Part shown: positions 1 to 13,193 of the stretch, one piece after another
How positions within the stretch are numbered: the stretch's first letter is position 1
Layout of the letters: the number at the start of each line of letters is the position of its first letter
NCBI RefSeq assembly: GCF_006345805.1
Contig: NC_043012.1
Coordinates: 3,844,001-3,908,000 of the forward strand
Source of the DNA: Octopus sinensis
Lineage: Eukaryota
Reading direction: 5' to 3'
DNA length: 64,000 bases
Made by a program: the position numbers and the translations under genes
The notes under the pieces: model-generated
The model's database searches: none
What the model was told of the DNA's origin: nothing
Seen by the model: the letters and a program-made list of their open reading frames with translations, nothing else

Positions 1-370
1 GATATAGGCTGTGTTGTTAAGAAGCTTGTTTCTTGGGTTCAGTCCAATTTGCATAACACCTTAGGCAAGTGTCTTCTACTGTAACCCCATGTTGATCAAA
101 GCCTTGGGAGTGGATTTGATAGATAGAAACTGAAACACACCATTGTATGTGTGTGTGCTCTTGTCTTAATATCACGTGATGGTTGTAAATGAGCATCAGC
201 ATCATACAAGTATTATTATGTGTTTTGCAAGTTCCATGGAAAACATGTTTGGTCACAGGAAATATTACTTTGCCTGGAAACAGGTGTGGGTTGCAGACAG
301 GAAGGGCATCCAGCTGTAGAAAGTCTGCCTCAACAAATTCTATCTGATCCAGCAAATGTGAATGTTAAAT
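1..370 (+). mobile_element. tRNA-derived SINE (family A head) with RTE-like tail ending in (GAT)n
   Basis: ggctgtgttgttaagaagcttg...gggttcagtcc...gggcaagtgtcttct head shared with many copies in the window. Confidence 0.75.
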
Positions 371-384
371 AATGATAATGATGA

Positions 385-427
<43 letters not shown>

Positions 428-429
428 CA

Positions 430-670
430 CACACCATTGCTGTATCAACCAGCTTTTGAATGATTCCTTCCCACTGCCTGGGTGGGCAGGCCAACATTAC
501 ACCTACACTCCAGTCCATCGCAGGGTTATCCATTTATGGCTGGGCAGGCTGGAGCAATGTGAAAGGAAGTGTTTTGCTCAAGAACACTATGCACTGCTGG
601 TCTGGGAACTGAAACTACAATCTTGGGATCTAGAGTGCAACATCCTAACCACAAGGCTTTTATACCTTCA
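430..670 (-). mobile_element. tRNA-derived SINE (family C)
   Basis: Homologous by eye to 8830-9000, 46500-46720, 53230-53380 and 61575-61800. Confidence 0.65.
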
Positions 671-1135
671 CACACAGATAAGCTGAAAATTTAATATCTA
701 TTGAGTAGCTGGTGACTTTTAAACTTCTTTTGTCTCGATGTGTATGAACCAAAGAAGCCATTTCAGATGAACTATAAAAAAAAAAACATGGATGGGGGGG
801 GGAGTGAGACAGGAGGAAATGCCATGTTAAATGGAAGACATCACAAAGATTTCAACATAAGAAACAATAAACCACAACAGTTTGAATCTCAACGGAAAGT
901 GTTTAAGATTTTCAAAAGGAAATTAAAAAAAATATAAATTCACCAATTCATGCAAAACAAAAATAATTTATTCTCTCAATGCCATGGAACGTAGATGTTT
1001 GACCAATCTACATAGAAAAAGAATAGAATGATTGTACAGTTTTGTTTTTGGTGGTTTTAATATTTTTATTTAATTTATTTGTGTCCATTATCTCAGTCCA
1101 AATTACGTTGATCTGAAAAGAGAGAGGAGAGAGGA

Positions 1136-1178
<43 letters not shown>

Positions 1179-1206
1179 TATATTGTTATTATTTTTACTG
1201 CACCAG

Positions 1207-1390
1207 ATCAGAAATTGTCAAGCTACCAGAAGAATGTGACAAAGGTCTGTTGTGTATCAATCACCACAGTGGCTACTGTCTTGAAATAACTGGATTTTTA
1301 AGACATCAGTTAAGAACACTTGAAAAGATCTCTGGAATTCCAGTCAGAGATCTTTCGCAATATAAACCAAAATACAGCAAGGAGCTTTAG
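1207..1390 (+). CDS. Probable last coding exon of a convergent gene; resembles the RAP domain of FASTK-family (FASTKD2-like) proteins
   Basis: Acceptor tattatttttactgcacCAG (AG 1205-1206), then 60 open codons SEIVKLPEECDKGLLCINHHSGYCLEITGFLRHQLRTLEKISGIPVRDLSQYKPKYSKEL-TAG(1388-1390). AATAAA at 1760 and 1773. The pattern LC..S.YCL...GFL...R.L...G..V recalls the FASTKD2 RAP domain from memory only. Confidence 0.4.
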
Positions 1391-1812
1391 GAGAGCAGAT
1401 GGAGAATATTTTCCTTGAATTATAATTCCAAGTTGTAAATTAAAGCTCATCACCAGTCCTTCCATATGAACTCAGTTCTCTCAGATTAAAACAAACTATG
1501 GTTCTGTGATCTTCTGCACAGATATCCAGTACTAACATGAACGAAATATGATCTTGGGATCCCATGGATTGATGCTTTATTTATGAGGTCGTTGCTACAC
1601 AGTTTAGTTATATAGCAGATGTTAAATACAATGTGACTGATGTTGTATGTGAAAGAGTAAGCATACATAGTCAAAATAGGTAACCAATGGTTTTTGCTAT
1701 TGTGTATGAAGAGAACAAAAAATCCTGACTAGATTCATTACTCGAACCAATTTAGGAGTAATAAAACTCATCAATAAATAAAACTGTGTTATATCATTAA
1801 TATCTGATGAAA

Positions 1813-2046
1813 AGGCCTGCAAGCTGGCAGAATCGTTAGCACACCAGGCAAAGTGCTTAGTGGTATTTCATCTGCCATTATGTTCTGAGTTCAAATTCCA
1901 CCAAGGTCGACTTTACCTTTCATCCTTTCAGGGTCAATTAAATAAGTACCAGTTATACACTGGGGTCGATATCATCGGTTTAATCCCTTTACCTGTCCTT
2001 GTTTGTCCCCTCTATGTTTAGCCCCCTGTGGGCAATAAAGAAATAA
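1813..2046 (+). mobile_element. SINE (family B) with a 17-bp target-site duplication
   Basis: attaatatctgatgaaa at 1796-1812 and 2047-2063; body gctggcagaatcgttagc...gttcaaattcc...gggcaataaagaaat. Confidence 0.9.
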
Positions 2047-2346
2047 ATTAATATCTGATGAAAGAACAGAACTGCAGCAATAAAATACATATTAGCTATT
2101 AAAATATTTAAAAAAAAACTATATATAAAAACAAAGCATAAAGTAAAAACCACTAAGATAGACAAAACACTAAAAACTGATTTCTAATATAGAAACAATC
2201 TTATGGGATTTGAACATGGAATATAATGGGATGTGCCACTGATTTTGGCATTTCAACTGATTAAATAATTATATTTAAGAGAAAAGTAGAATCTGCTAAA
2301 TCATGCCAAGTACTTTATAAGCACCTTTTATTCTTTTATTTATTGT

Positions 2347-2725
2347 CTTTTACTTGTTTCAGTCATTTGACTGCAACCATGCTGGAGCACCACCTTTAGT
2401 CGAGCAAATTGACCCCAGGATTTATTCTTTGTAAATCTAGTACTTATTCCATCGGTCTCTTTTGCCGAACCACTAAGTTACAGGGACGTAAACACACCAC
2501 CATTGGTTGTCAAGCGATGTTGGGAGGGACAAACACAGACACACAAACATATATATATATACAACGGGCTTCTTTCAGTTTCCGTCTACCAAATCTACTT
2601 ACAAGGCTTTGGTCAGCCCGAGGCTATAGTGGAAGACACTTGCCCAAGGTGCCATACAGTGGGAATGAACCTGGAACCATGTGGTTGGTAAGCAAGCTAC
2701 TTACCACACAGCCACTCCTGCACCT
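2347..2725 (-). mobile_element. Full-length tRNA-derived SINE, family A
   Basis: Reverse complement of the 21803-22201 and 43265-43657 copies. Confidence 0.9.
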
Positions 2726-5036
2726 ACTTATTAAATTGACCCCAGAAGGATAAAAAGCAAAGCTGACCACAATCATATTTGAAACTCTGTTGTTTTTATT
2801 TGTTACTTGTCAAATAATTGATAAGAATTTATAATATAGGCACATGATCAGAAATTCAAGAGTGGTGGGGTAGTTGATTAAACCGAGGACAATTTTTGAC
2901 TGGTGTTTTATTTTAGTAACCCCAGAGGGATGAAAGGTTAAGCTGAATTAGGCAGGATTTGAACCCAGAACATAAAGGGCTGGAACAAATAGTGTAAGCA
3001 CTTTGTCCCATGTCAATCTATGGTATTTTCAAAGACTGAAAACATATGTCTGTTTGTTTGTTATTCATCAGTTACAAGATTCAGAATTGAAGATAGTTAA
3101 ACAGGGAAAAAGAACAAGGGACAAATGTAATCTTTAACATAAACCCACACATATTAAATATTTCTAACCCGTTATTTACAAACTATTATTTAAAACTTTA
3201 TCTACTTTTAAGTTCCTCCGTCAAAAATGAATATATATAACTTAAACGATGCAAAGTATTAACCTGGGACGACATTATCTAATCTGTGTGTTTTCCTTTT
3301 TCTGAAATGATAGCGTAGCATTAGTGGAAAATTTGGCTGGATGAACAACTGCGTAAGAGGTTCTTGTGTTCATGGAAGCATGGAAGTGATTGTATAAAGA
3401 CAAAATGGTCTAAAATGGGAAAGCTAGCTCATTAAGTCCTTTGAAGATTTATTTCTGACAGAAATATTTTCTAATTAAAAAAAGAAAACAAAACTAAACA
3501 AACAATACACATAAGTATGTGAATTGTCTCAAAATAATTTTCTGATTAAAAAACCCCAGATTTTAAGAATTACTGAAATACAACCCTTTGTTAAAAACTA
3601 GAAATAAATATGATGGGGATGGGAAAGAAAAGAGAAAGGCTTTTAGGTTTGATGATGTGAAATTGATGGAGTGATTCATGGAATTTATATGATTACGGTA
3701 AACAAAATTATGAGACCCAATACATACTTTCAGCCTGACTGGGATAATCTACTGAACTGATTGATTTACAATAAGGAATAGTGTAACACTTCAAATGAGC
3801 ATCTCTGTCATACAGACAATGTTTTCGGTTTCCAATCTTCCATGAAAGCATGTCTGGCCATGGAGAGATATTACCTTACTTGGAAACAGGTGATGGTTGG
3901 CAACAGGAAGGGCTTCCAGACACAGAAAACCTGCTTCAATGAATTCTGTCTGACCCATGCAAGCATGGAAAAGTAAACATTAAAATGATGATGATGATGA
4001 CAACAGATTAATAACAGAATAATATTGTTGTGTAGCCCCAAGTTAACCCTGAATGAACAGACCCACAATCAAAGGTGTTCCAGCTATGACCATCCTCTCT
4101 TATTCTATACCAGGGACCACATTGTCCAATATGTCATTTAAAATGGGTAGAGTGTAGTTTGAGGGAGATCTGGCTGTACTATTTCAAATCAGTCTGGCAA
4201 TCGCAAAAAGAACATCACCTTTGGCTTCTAGTAGAGTACTATGTTTCAGATGTCTCTTTGACAATGTGAAATTCAGCACTATGCAATATTCAATATCTAA
4301 ATGATCTGAGAGGAACGACACAAATCATTACAAATCCTCAGACTGCTGCTGCATGGTGCCTAATGTTACGCCTCATCCTTCATGAATGAGGACCATGTAG
4401 TGAAATAGTTTTAGTTTCAAAGTACCACAACTTTTTGGCATTGACCCCTCAAAACTAAAGTGATATGCATGGCATGGATGTCAACACTTTCCAAATCATA
4501 GTGAAGTCATGTTGGGACCAGCCAGACAACTGTTCCCTTCTCAGTCGATCGTCTTAAAAGGAAAACAAATGGATAGATAACACAACACAACACACACTTT
4601 CATACTCAACTAGCAACAACTACAAATCATTAAAAAGTTAATTTTTTTTTGGAATGTTCCAGTCTCATGATGATGAATAAAATGGAATGAGAAATAGGTG
4701 AAGATGAATAAATAAAAAAAAACTTACTAGTAAACCTCAAAAAACAAAAAAAAAAAAAAGGAAAAACTGTGAGTCATTGGGTTGCATACAGAATCTATTT
4801 TAACCAATATCTTAAAGATTTCAAATGTCAAGAACGAAATGGTGAGGAATTTCTTTTAATTTTGTCATGGCATAATCAGAGGTGGCAAGGGACTGAGCCC
4901 ATCATTTATTTGGTTGGGCTGCCAAATCTAGAAGAAATCAACACAACTCATGGGTTATTCTTAGACTGGAGACCTGATCCAAATGTTTGCTACAAGCTGG
5001 ATTCCACAAAAGATACCAATGGGTGGAGTACTAGCA

Positions 5037-5477
5037 TTAACACTAGCATTTAACCCTTATGTTACCAACCTGCAGCTCTGGCTCTGAGTACAAATGTCTT
5101 GTTTTCATAAGTTTTGAATTAAAATCTTCCACCAAACCTAAGTCACAATTTATGTTCCTGACACTAGCTGAATGATAACTAAGTTATTTTTAGTAAATTA
5201 TTTGTTATATTTAAAGTAATTTAAAGAAACACAGAGCATCTCAACAGAAATATGGTAACAAAAGGGTTAAGCTGGCCATATCCAGTCGAAATATTCGATC
5301 TGTTTTATGTTCAAACTGGCTAGATCCAGCCTCTCACACCTACCCTATATCATTCTAAAAATAATAATCACATTATCAAAATCTTAAAGCTATAAGATTA
5401 TGCATGATTAATTCAAAACAATGCGAATAAATAAGCATTACGTTTGACACAGAGTAATCTGAATGCTAAAGGGTTAA
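5037..5477. mobile_element. Two nested TTAA-flanked piggyBac-like MITEs
   Basis: Inner 5054-5266 with TIR cccttatgttacc/ggtaacaaaaggg (12/13) flanked by TTAA; outer ends tgctaaaggg-TTAA at 5477 and is homologous to 25227-25457. Confidence 0.8.
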
Positions 5478-5792
5478 AGTATTAAACCAAGTGAAAGATT
5501 AGTCTATCATCCCCAAAACAGTGACTGTCTATATAAGAAGTCAACTAAATTCCATTCTCGAGGCACTGGTCAACCAGAGGCTATGGTACAAGATGCTTGT
5601 TTAAGTTGTCACACATCAGGGATTGAACCTACAACCAACTGTATTAAATGTGTGCCAAGATAAAATAGGATAACTTGAGATGACTTCATATGATTAGGCT
5701 TTGGTAGATGTTAAAGGAAGATAAAAATAAATACCCCCACCCACTGAAATAGGAGCCGAATCATTATTGCTGTTATTATTATCGTTATGATT

Positions 5793-6005
5793 AGGGTGGA
5801 AAGCTGGCAACATCATTAGCACACTGGGCAAAATGCTTCATGGTATTTCATCCAGCTTTGCATTCTAAGTTCAAATTCCACCAAGGTTGACTTTGCCCTT
5901 CATCTTTCAGGGTCGATAAAATAAGTACCAGTTAAGTATGAGGTCGATACAATTGGCTTACCATGTCCCTGAAATTGCTGGCCTCGTGCCGAAATTAGAA
6001 ACTGT
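5793..6005 (+). mobile_element. SINE family B
   Basis: Homologous to 1813-2046 and 61300-61527. Confidence 0.75.
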
Positions 6006-7062
6006 TATTATCATTACGATTATCATCTGATATTTCTGAATTCATTAAAACACAAAGCAAAGACAACATGGCTAGAAAAAGAAAACGCTTTGCACAGACT
6101 TTCAACTGTAAATGTGTGTGTGTGTGTGTGTATGATGAAAGAAATGTAAAAAATTTGACTAGATAAGAATTGGTTGATTGGGCTGAAAACTCTTATGAAA
6201 TAGCTTGGAGTCTAATAATGATCTCTTACTCAAGAATTATGGCACAGATTTGTATAGTTGAATGAACTGACGCTAGTACTTGTCTGTCGCTTACTTTACT
6301 GGTGAAAGGTAAAGCTGAGACACGAGTGGGAAATGAACCCAGAATGCTTGCAAAACTGCATCAACCAGAAACTGGATGCAAGGGATATAGTCAGGGGCTA
6401 TACTGTTTCTGCTACTCTACTGCTTCCCTAATAAAATGTAATATGAAACTCTATATGTATCCTTTATTTCACAGGAAGTAATTTGGGGCACATCATTAAG
6501 TTGTCAGTTATTGCTAAGCTGCTGTAAGTATAATATATATATATATATATATATAGGTAGGTATGTTGTTGATGTTGTTGAAATGTAATATTGTACTTTT
6601 GTAAATTCTTCCTCTGCACTGGAGGGAAAGTAAGATTACAAGATTAAGAGTCTAAAGAGAAAATTCAAAAGAAATATTGAAAATAAGACTTCAGGGGATG
6701 AAGTAAATAAGAATTTAAAATTTCATTTAACCTTATAACACCTAAATTATTAATACGCAGAAAGAAAATAAAACAACTTAGTTTTCTTTTTTTTTTTTAG
6801 CTTATTTAAGGGTGAGGAGTGTGTTTGATGTAAAAAAAATTAAATTTACTTACACATATGCAGTGTGTATATACACACACATATATATATACACCCACAC
6901 ACATACATACATAATTTTTAAAGCTATCTTTACATAGAAAATCTGTGAAGATAACTTTAAAAAGTTATTGAATTGTACTGCTAACATGTAGGACACAGCA
7001 TTAACTTATAAAGCCTTTAATATATGGTTGCATACCAGTAATTAATATATACATTATATATA

Positions 7063-7111
<49 letters not shown>

Positions 7112-7597
7112 GTCTTTCTGAAAATCACTTAATACACTTTAAGTATAAAAGGGATTTTTTAAAATATAATTTTTCTAAAAAAATCCCCTTTATATACATA
7201 TATATGACAATCTAGTGGTAATAAATCTGAAACAACTATAATAGTTTGTATGCAATAAGGCTATTCAAATGTGAAGAGACTATAAACTTTGTGAGTAATA
7301 TTTAAAGCACCAAAAATTATGAATAATAGATGTTATAAGGTTAAAGTAAAAATAAATAAATAAATAAATCTTTTTGCCACAGTAAAACTATTAACATCAA
7401 GAATAAAGAACATTAATTCAATAAGTAAATGTAAGTAACATCTGATTTAAAACGAATATTATAAAACATATTAATGTGATGTCTGCTTTATTTCTTGCAT
7501 TTGCTAAGCAAAATGACAATCTATTGACAGCAGTTGTATTTGTGTATGTATGTGTGAGTGTACATATAAATACAAAAAACTTGTCACACATCAGAGT

Positions 7598-7598
7598 T

Positions 7599-7636
<38 letters not shown>

Positions 7637-8177
7637 TGTGTACAGTGCTCAGGTGCACTACAACTCATCTAAAGTGTATATATAATCAGGTGTAGTTTCG
7701 GCGGATTTCGGAAAGCATGAGGGCCTTAAAAGATGCAGTGTCATGGCAGTCAACAACTGACGCAGGCAGTTTATTCCATGCTTCAGCAACTCTGAGCGTG
7801 AAAAAATGTTTCCGAAAGTCATGGGAGCTGTATTGTTTTCTGACTTTGTAGGTATGTCCACGTGTGTTAGACACATGGAGATCAAAAAGGTGTTCAGTGT
7901 TGTTGTTGGTGAGGTGGTTGATAACTTTGTGGGTGTTTACCAAGTCCGTCGCCAAACGCCGGAGCTTCAGTGAATCCATGCCCAGGGAAACAAGGCGCTC
8001 AGAATATGGTAGGTGTCTGATGGAGGGTATGCGTTTGGTTGCACGTCTCTGGACAGATTCCAGGAGGTCAATGTTCTGTGCAAGATAGGGGTTCCAAACT
8101 GATGATGCGAATTCCAAGTGTGGTCGTACCATAGCTGTATACAGTTTTAAATAGAGAGCTAAATGTAGAGCTAACAT
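7598..8177 (-). mobile_element. 5'-truncated CR1/L2-clade LINE: C-terminal end of the RT ORF, 3' UTR and (ATT)n tail
   Basis: ORF 7686-8177: LYTAMVRPHLEFASSVWNPY...LESVQRRATKRI...YSERL..LGMDSLKLRR...FFTLRVAEAWNKLP. Confidence 0.9.
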
Positions 8178-11100
8178 GGAGGAGATTGCTTATTATTTGT
8201 AGCAAACATCTTTACATTTAGAAACTACTCCTACCACAAACAGTTTGTTCAGTAAAGCAAACTGGATTCAACACAGTTATGGGCCTTATTCAGGAGCAGA
8301 ACGCAATGACTAATAAGAACAGATCTTCTGATAATGTAGTCAGCATTATCTATGTATCTTTTCATTTAAAGCAAGTTGTTTAATGCTAGCATAGTTTAGA
8401 TCATGCATGAGCAAACCTCTGGTGACATAAGATCTGGTTCATCACAAGGCAGGATGCACTTCTAAAATCATTCAAGGTAGCTTTTCGTTAGGTATATCAC
8501 TCAGAAAGTTTTGTGGACTGTAGGTTGCCCATGACTGGTTTAGATAGTAGGAAACTAAGACAGGATTATATTTGGTCAGATACACTTCCTGATGCCTGCC
8601 CAATGTTTCAAGTGAGAGGAATTTTTTAAAATTTTTATTCCACTAAAATTTGAAAGTGCAAAAACAGTGGATGGTTTGCTGTCAGGAAATGTCCAATAGA
8701 CATCATCACCTGCAGCACCTGAGCATAATGTTTCGTAAACATTCACACACACACGGTGATGATAGTCTCTCACAGTCAAAGAAAGACAGTTCTGCAATTT
8801 CTTGCTGAACAACCGGCACAAATGGCTGATCAAATGTTTATGCTGTACATTAGGTCGCTCCCCCCAGTGATTTACATGTCAGGTAGCAAAATGAACACAG
8901 AACAATGTGAGATGAAGTGTTTTGCTCAAGAACACAATGCACAACCGGGTCCTGGAAATGAGATGATCTCACAATCATTAGTACCCTAACAACAAGGCCA
9001 TGCCCCCTCATACACACACACACACGCATCAAGCTTCTTTCAGTTTCCAATTACCAAATTCCCTTACAAGGCATTGATTAGTCCAGGGATACAGTAAAAG
9101 ATACTTGCCTAAGGCACCACAGCATATATAGGATTGAACTCAGTTATGCCACACACACAAACGTGAATATATGAGTACAAATATGACATAAATGACAGAA
9201 CCAGCACAGATATATTTGTAACCGGGGTCATGGCCTTATGTATCTGAATATGAATTACACCAACGTTAGTTTAACTTAATTTCATGTTGCAATTTGCAAA
9301 AAATAGCATTGTTGGTTACAAATCTCCAAGGAAGCAATAGTTGTTCAATCTATTTTCAATGGTGAAAACGACAAGGTGAAGTCGTGAAACAGCTACCACA
9401 AGATGCTTTTTCTCCGATCCACTGGTTAATCAATTTTTTGCTAATATGTTTAATGTGTATATCTTTCACCAGTATACGCACATCACATACAGGCACAGAA
9501 GCACACACGCACGCACAAACACACACACGCATGCACCATGGGAATCCGAAGTTCCTGTATATCAAATTTCACTCATGAGGAGATCAATCTGAGCTATGGC
9601 TGAAGACACAAAAGGAAATCAGGTAGTGGGATTGACCTCTGAACCACATGCTTGCAAAGTAAATTCCTTGACCATACAGCTGTCTTGTATTTCTCACAGA
9701 TTTATAAAACAAAATAGAGTAAGGAACAAAAGCCATGTCAACTATTTTCCTAATAAAAATAATAATAATCTCAAATTTTGGTCAACAGTTTTTGAAGGGT
9801 TGGGTAAGTTGACTACATCGACCACAGTAATCAACTGGCACTTATTGTATCGACCCAGAAAGGGTGGCATTTGAACTCAGAACGTAAAGTTGGAAGAAAT
9901 GCTGCTTTTGCCTTTCAGCTTCCCAAGAGTCAGCTATAATCTCTGAAAGTGGTGTCCATTCAATGACAGAAACCTGTAAAAGTTTTTCTTCTATTTTATT
10001 TTTAAAAGTAGATTCCTCTTAGGGATGCTGTCTAATCTGTTTCGATACAATTCTGGAGATGCAAGAGACAATATTCCTTAGCTAAGTATCTATTCTGTGA
10101 AACAAAAATGTCGAATCAAAACTCGGGAATGAAGTGTTTAATAAAGGGGAGGTAATTAATAAGCATAGAAAGAAGCAGTTACCTCTCTTGTCAGCCATTA
10201 AAGCACACGCTTATTACACAACATTTTAAAAGAATTTATGATATAATCGAAGGATTAACAGCACCCACAGCCTTTTTGTAGGGCCTCACAGTGGTGGAGA
10301 GAAGGAAGAATAAACCACAATCCATGAGGTGTCCTCAAACCAAAAACCAGTCCTGAACGGTTGCAACAGTGTTTTCTGCAAAAAAAATATCCAAGGGCCA
10401 TGGAAAGGTGTTAAACCAGAAGAAAACATTTGTCAGTTTAAAGAGAAAAAAAACAAAAAAGAAAGAAAATGCTAAATATAATGGCAAGTTGGGCAATATT
10501 GCTGATTTTTCGCATGAGTTAATCTTTGATTAATCTGGCTGCAGTATGAGACTGAAGATTTGAGAACTTCACTGATAGCACAACTGACGTAACATATGAA
10601 AGATGATGTTGTTACCTAACAAATAGAGTCACTTCACTTACAGACATTTCTTGAATGCATTGTTCCATGAGAAAAAAGAATTAATAATAATAACAATAAT
10701 AATGAGAAGAAGAAGAAGAATGCTGATCACGGTGATGATTTTAAATAGAAATAAGGTTGTATACTTATTGAACAATTCTTTACTAATGGACAGTTTTCTG
10801 TAAATGACAAAATCTTTCTTGTATCTCAACTAATAACATGAAAGAATTTCTCTTATACAGATGATAAGGCCTTCGCCCAAACCTTTTATTTGTCACTTTT
10901 TACACTGATTATTGATGATAATGATGATGGTGATGATGATGATGTTGATGACAACATATCAATAATGCTTCATAAGACCTCAGTACATAATTATGACAAC
11001 ATTCAGTTGTTCAAAGGCAAACAAACCCAATGAGTCAATGAAGTTCTGCAAGGAACCAACTAAAAAAAAAATGAAAAGAAAATAGAAAGACAGAAAATAA

Positions 11101-12489
11101 AATAAAAAAAGTGTTATATTTTATAATAAATGAAAAATGATGTGGGAACGACAGAAATTTGTCTTAGCTTGAAACATGAAATGATTTAGTGGATAATAAT
11201 TATCACTGGTGTTTTTAGTTTGTAGAAAATAATTTCTGTTTTTTACAACATATTATAACTGCAATTTTGCTGAAGACAATAATCCTAATTGATGTTTTTC
11301 TTCTTAAATTCTGAGGACCATTATGATAAGTTATATCTAAGGAAAAAAAAAACCTCTTTTGAATCTCAAATAGAGCCAATTTATGTTAACAAAAGAGTGT
11401 TATTTGAAAATAGAACTAAAATATTAAAAGTTACCCAGATACCAAATCAGAAGCTCATTTGAACCCATAAAACATGATATAGTATTTTTCTACTTCGAAC
11501 AGCGAATATCCCTTAAGTTTCAACAACTCCTAAATCAATTTGTGATCAATGAAATTTTTTAAAAATAGTTTCGTTTTTTTCTTTTTTGTTATTGTAAACA
11601 CAGTTATACATTCTAAAGTTTAGAATACAATTAACTAAAACCATTGTTTGGTATGAAATATTAAAAATTATTATTAACTATTCTCTGTAAAATAACATTA
11701 GAATATAAACTGGTTGAGAATGAGGAGAAATTAAAAAAAAAAAAAGTTGATAGCACATTGCTGTTCTATGAATCAATCCACTGTTAAATGGCTTCTAATA
11801 AATCTTGTTGACCAAGAAAGGCAGGACTTATTAGAAAATATACTTAAGACATTTTCATGAGTGAAATAAATTTATAAACTTGTAAATAGTTTTGAAAGAT
11901 GGTTATGAAAATAAGAGGGTAAAAAAAAAAAGGAAAAAATGAACGAAAAAAAAAAAGGGGAAAATGGAAGAAAAAAAAAATGAAAATAAAAAATCTAAAA
12001 TAGAATGAAAATAGGAAAAGTTTTCCAGCCACTGAGCTGAAGCACAATGAGGTAGTATAAATTATGAAGCTTCTACTTTCACTGGGCTTCCCAGCAAAAC
12101 TGAAACCAAATCTTTAACTCCAGGAACGCTTAATATCTCTGTACAAACACGCACACTAAAAAGTTATTGTGCATAGTCAATTGGTACAATTTGGTACAGC
12201 CTGGTACAGCTTGAATAGAACTGAGGGAGTTCATAAGAACTAACGATGCAACCAGTTCTGCAACAACTTTTGTTTTTTTTTTGTTTGTTTTTTCATTTTC
12301 TTACTCTCCCTCTCTTTCTCTCTCCTTCTCTCACTCCCTGTTGACAAATACTTCCATTTAAGGGTCAATACCCAGAATCATGAGGTCACCAAGACAAATA
12401 GCAACACTAGCAGAAGACCAGCAAGCCCGGAGAGAAACCCTCTGTTTGCTCTTGGGCTCAAAACTCGAGTAGCAAACAAGCCTAATTAG

Positions 12490-12590
12490 ATATCATCTTT
12501 TTTTAAGATGGTAGGGTGAGATTTAAGGGAAATTTGGCTGCTATTTCTAGCAGGTCAAGCGACCACATAGAGGCTCCTTTGTTGGCTCAT
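12490..12590 (-). mobile_element. SINE-like fragment in the proximal USP3 3' UTR
   Basis: Core ctgctagaaatagcagccaaat recurs at about 4160, 23450, 38660, 49800, 50205, 51790, 54515, 62565 and 63380. Confidence 0.7.
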
Positions 12591-12668
12591 ATATCTGTGG
12601 GTGTATACGTGTGTGTGTACGTGTATGTGTGAGGCATGGCGGTCTGCCTACATATATGCATGGATTAT

Positions 12669-12814
12669 CTAATCATCAAGTTTATTGTTTACTCCAATAT
12701 TTTCTGGAAGCTTGAATTCACGTCGCACATAGAACAAGATATAGGCTTTACAGCGTGACACAGTCTCTTCATTGCATACTGTGACATTGCTGTCATTAAA
12801 GTGGTACCAAACAC
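12669..12814 (-). CDS. USP3: USP3-like deubiquitinase, terminal coding exon (FND Asp box, KAYILFY)
   Basis: Acceptor cttgttgttgCAG, phase 1: (G)[50 protein letters not shown]. Confidence 0.93.
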
Positions 12815-13193
12815 CTGCAACAACAAGAACAACAATAAATTTCAAAAGAAATTTCAAAAGAAATTCTTAGGGAATTTTACCACCAAGGTAATTCAACTCT
12901 TCCCATTTAAAAAAAAATTATAAACATATCTTCAGAATACTAAATATTATGCTGGTGTCCATACTAACAATTCACTCCAAGTGATTATAAAACTGTCTGT
13001 CCATTCATCTTTTCCTTTTTTTCATGTCAACTTTATTCATTCAAACAGATACACTCTGATGTTTAGCAGAGTGAGCAAACACTAAGTCAATTTTGTTCTG
13101 GTTAGGATCACCTTCTCTCTCTCTCTCTCTTTTGGTCAGGTACCATTTACAGTCAAACTCCAGTTTACTAGTGCCTCTCATCAAGAACATATA

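Noticed and set aside
3072-3352. Plus-strand exon-like segments 3072-3126 (LQDSELKIVKQGKRTRDK) and 3314-3352 (RSISGKFGWMNNC)
   Set aside because: Plausible splice signals but no recognisable homology, and the phases do not link them to the 1207 exon or to each other without a stop; expected by chance in AT-rich DNA.
4769-5053. 94-aa ORF in non-repetitive sequence
   Set aside because: TTG/GTG-type start, no recognisable motif, and it runs into a MITE.
6475-6523. 49-nt segment with strong acceptor (tttatttcaCAG) and donor (GTAAGT)
   Set aside because: Isolated, with no partner exons or homology; could be a non-coding exon, but the sequence alone cannot support it.
8576-8833. Minus-strand ORF GDDVYWTFPDSKPSTVFALSNF...
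   Set aside because: No recognisable family, and the start lies in a SINE fragment.
9910-9975. Minus-strand exon-like VSVIEWTPLSEIIADSWEAERQK after cttttaCAG
   Set aside because: No donor; it runs directly into a SINE and looks more like a DNA-transposon/MITE fragment.
10295-10410. Faint Gypsy RNase H-like string (NHNP*GVLKPKTSPERLQQCFLQKKY)
   Set aside because: Too short and degenerate, with no other LTR-element features nearby.
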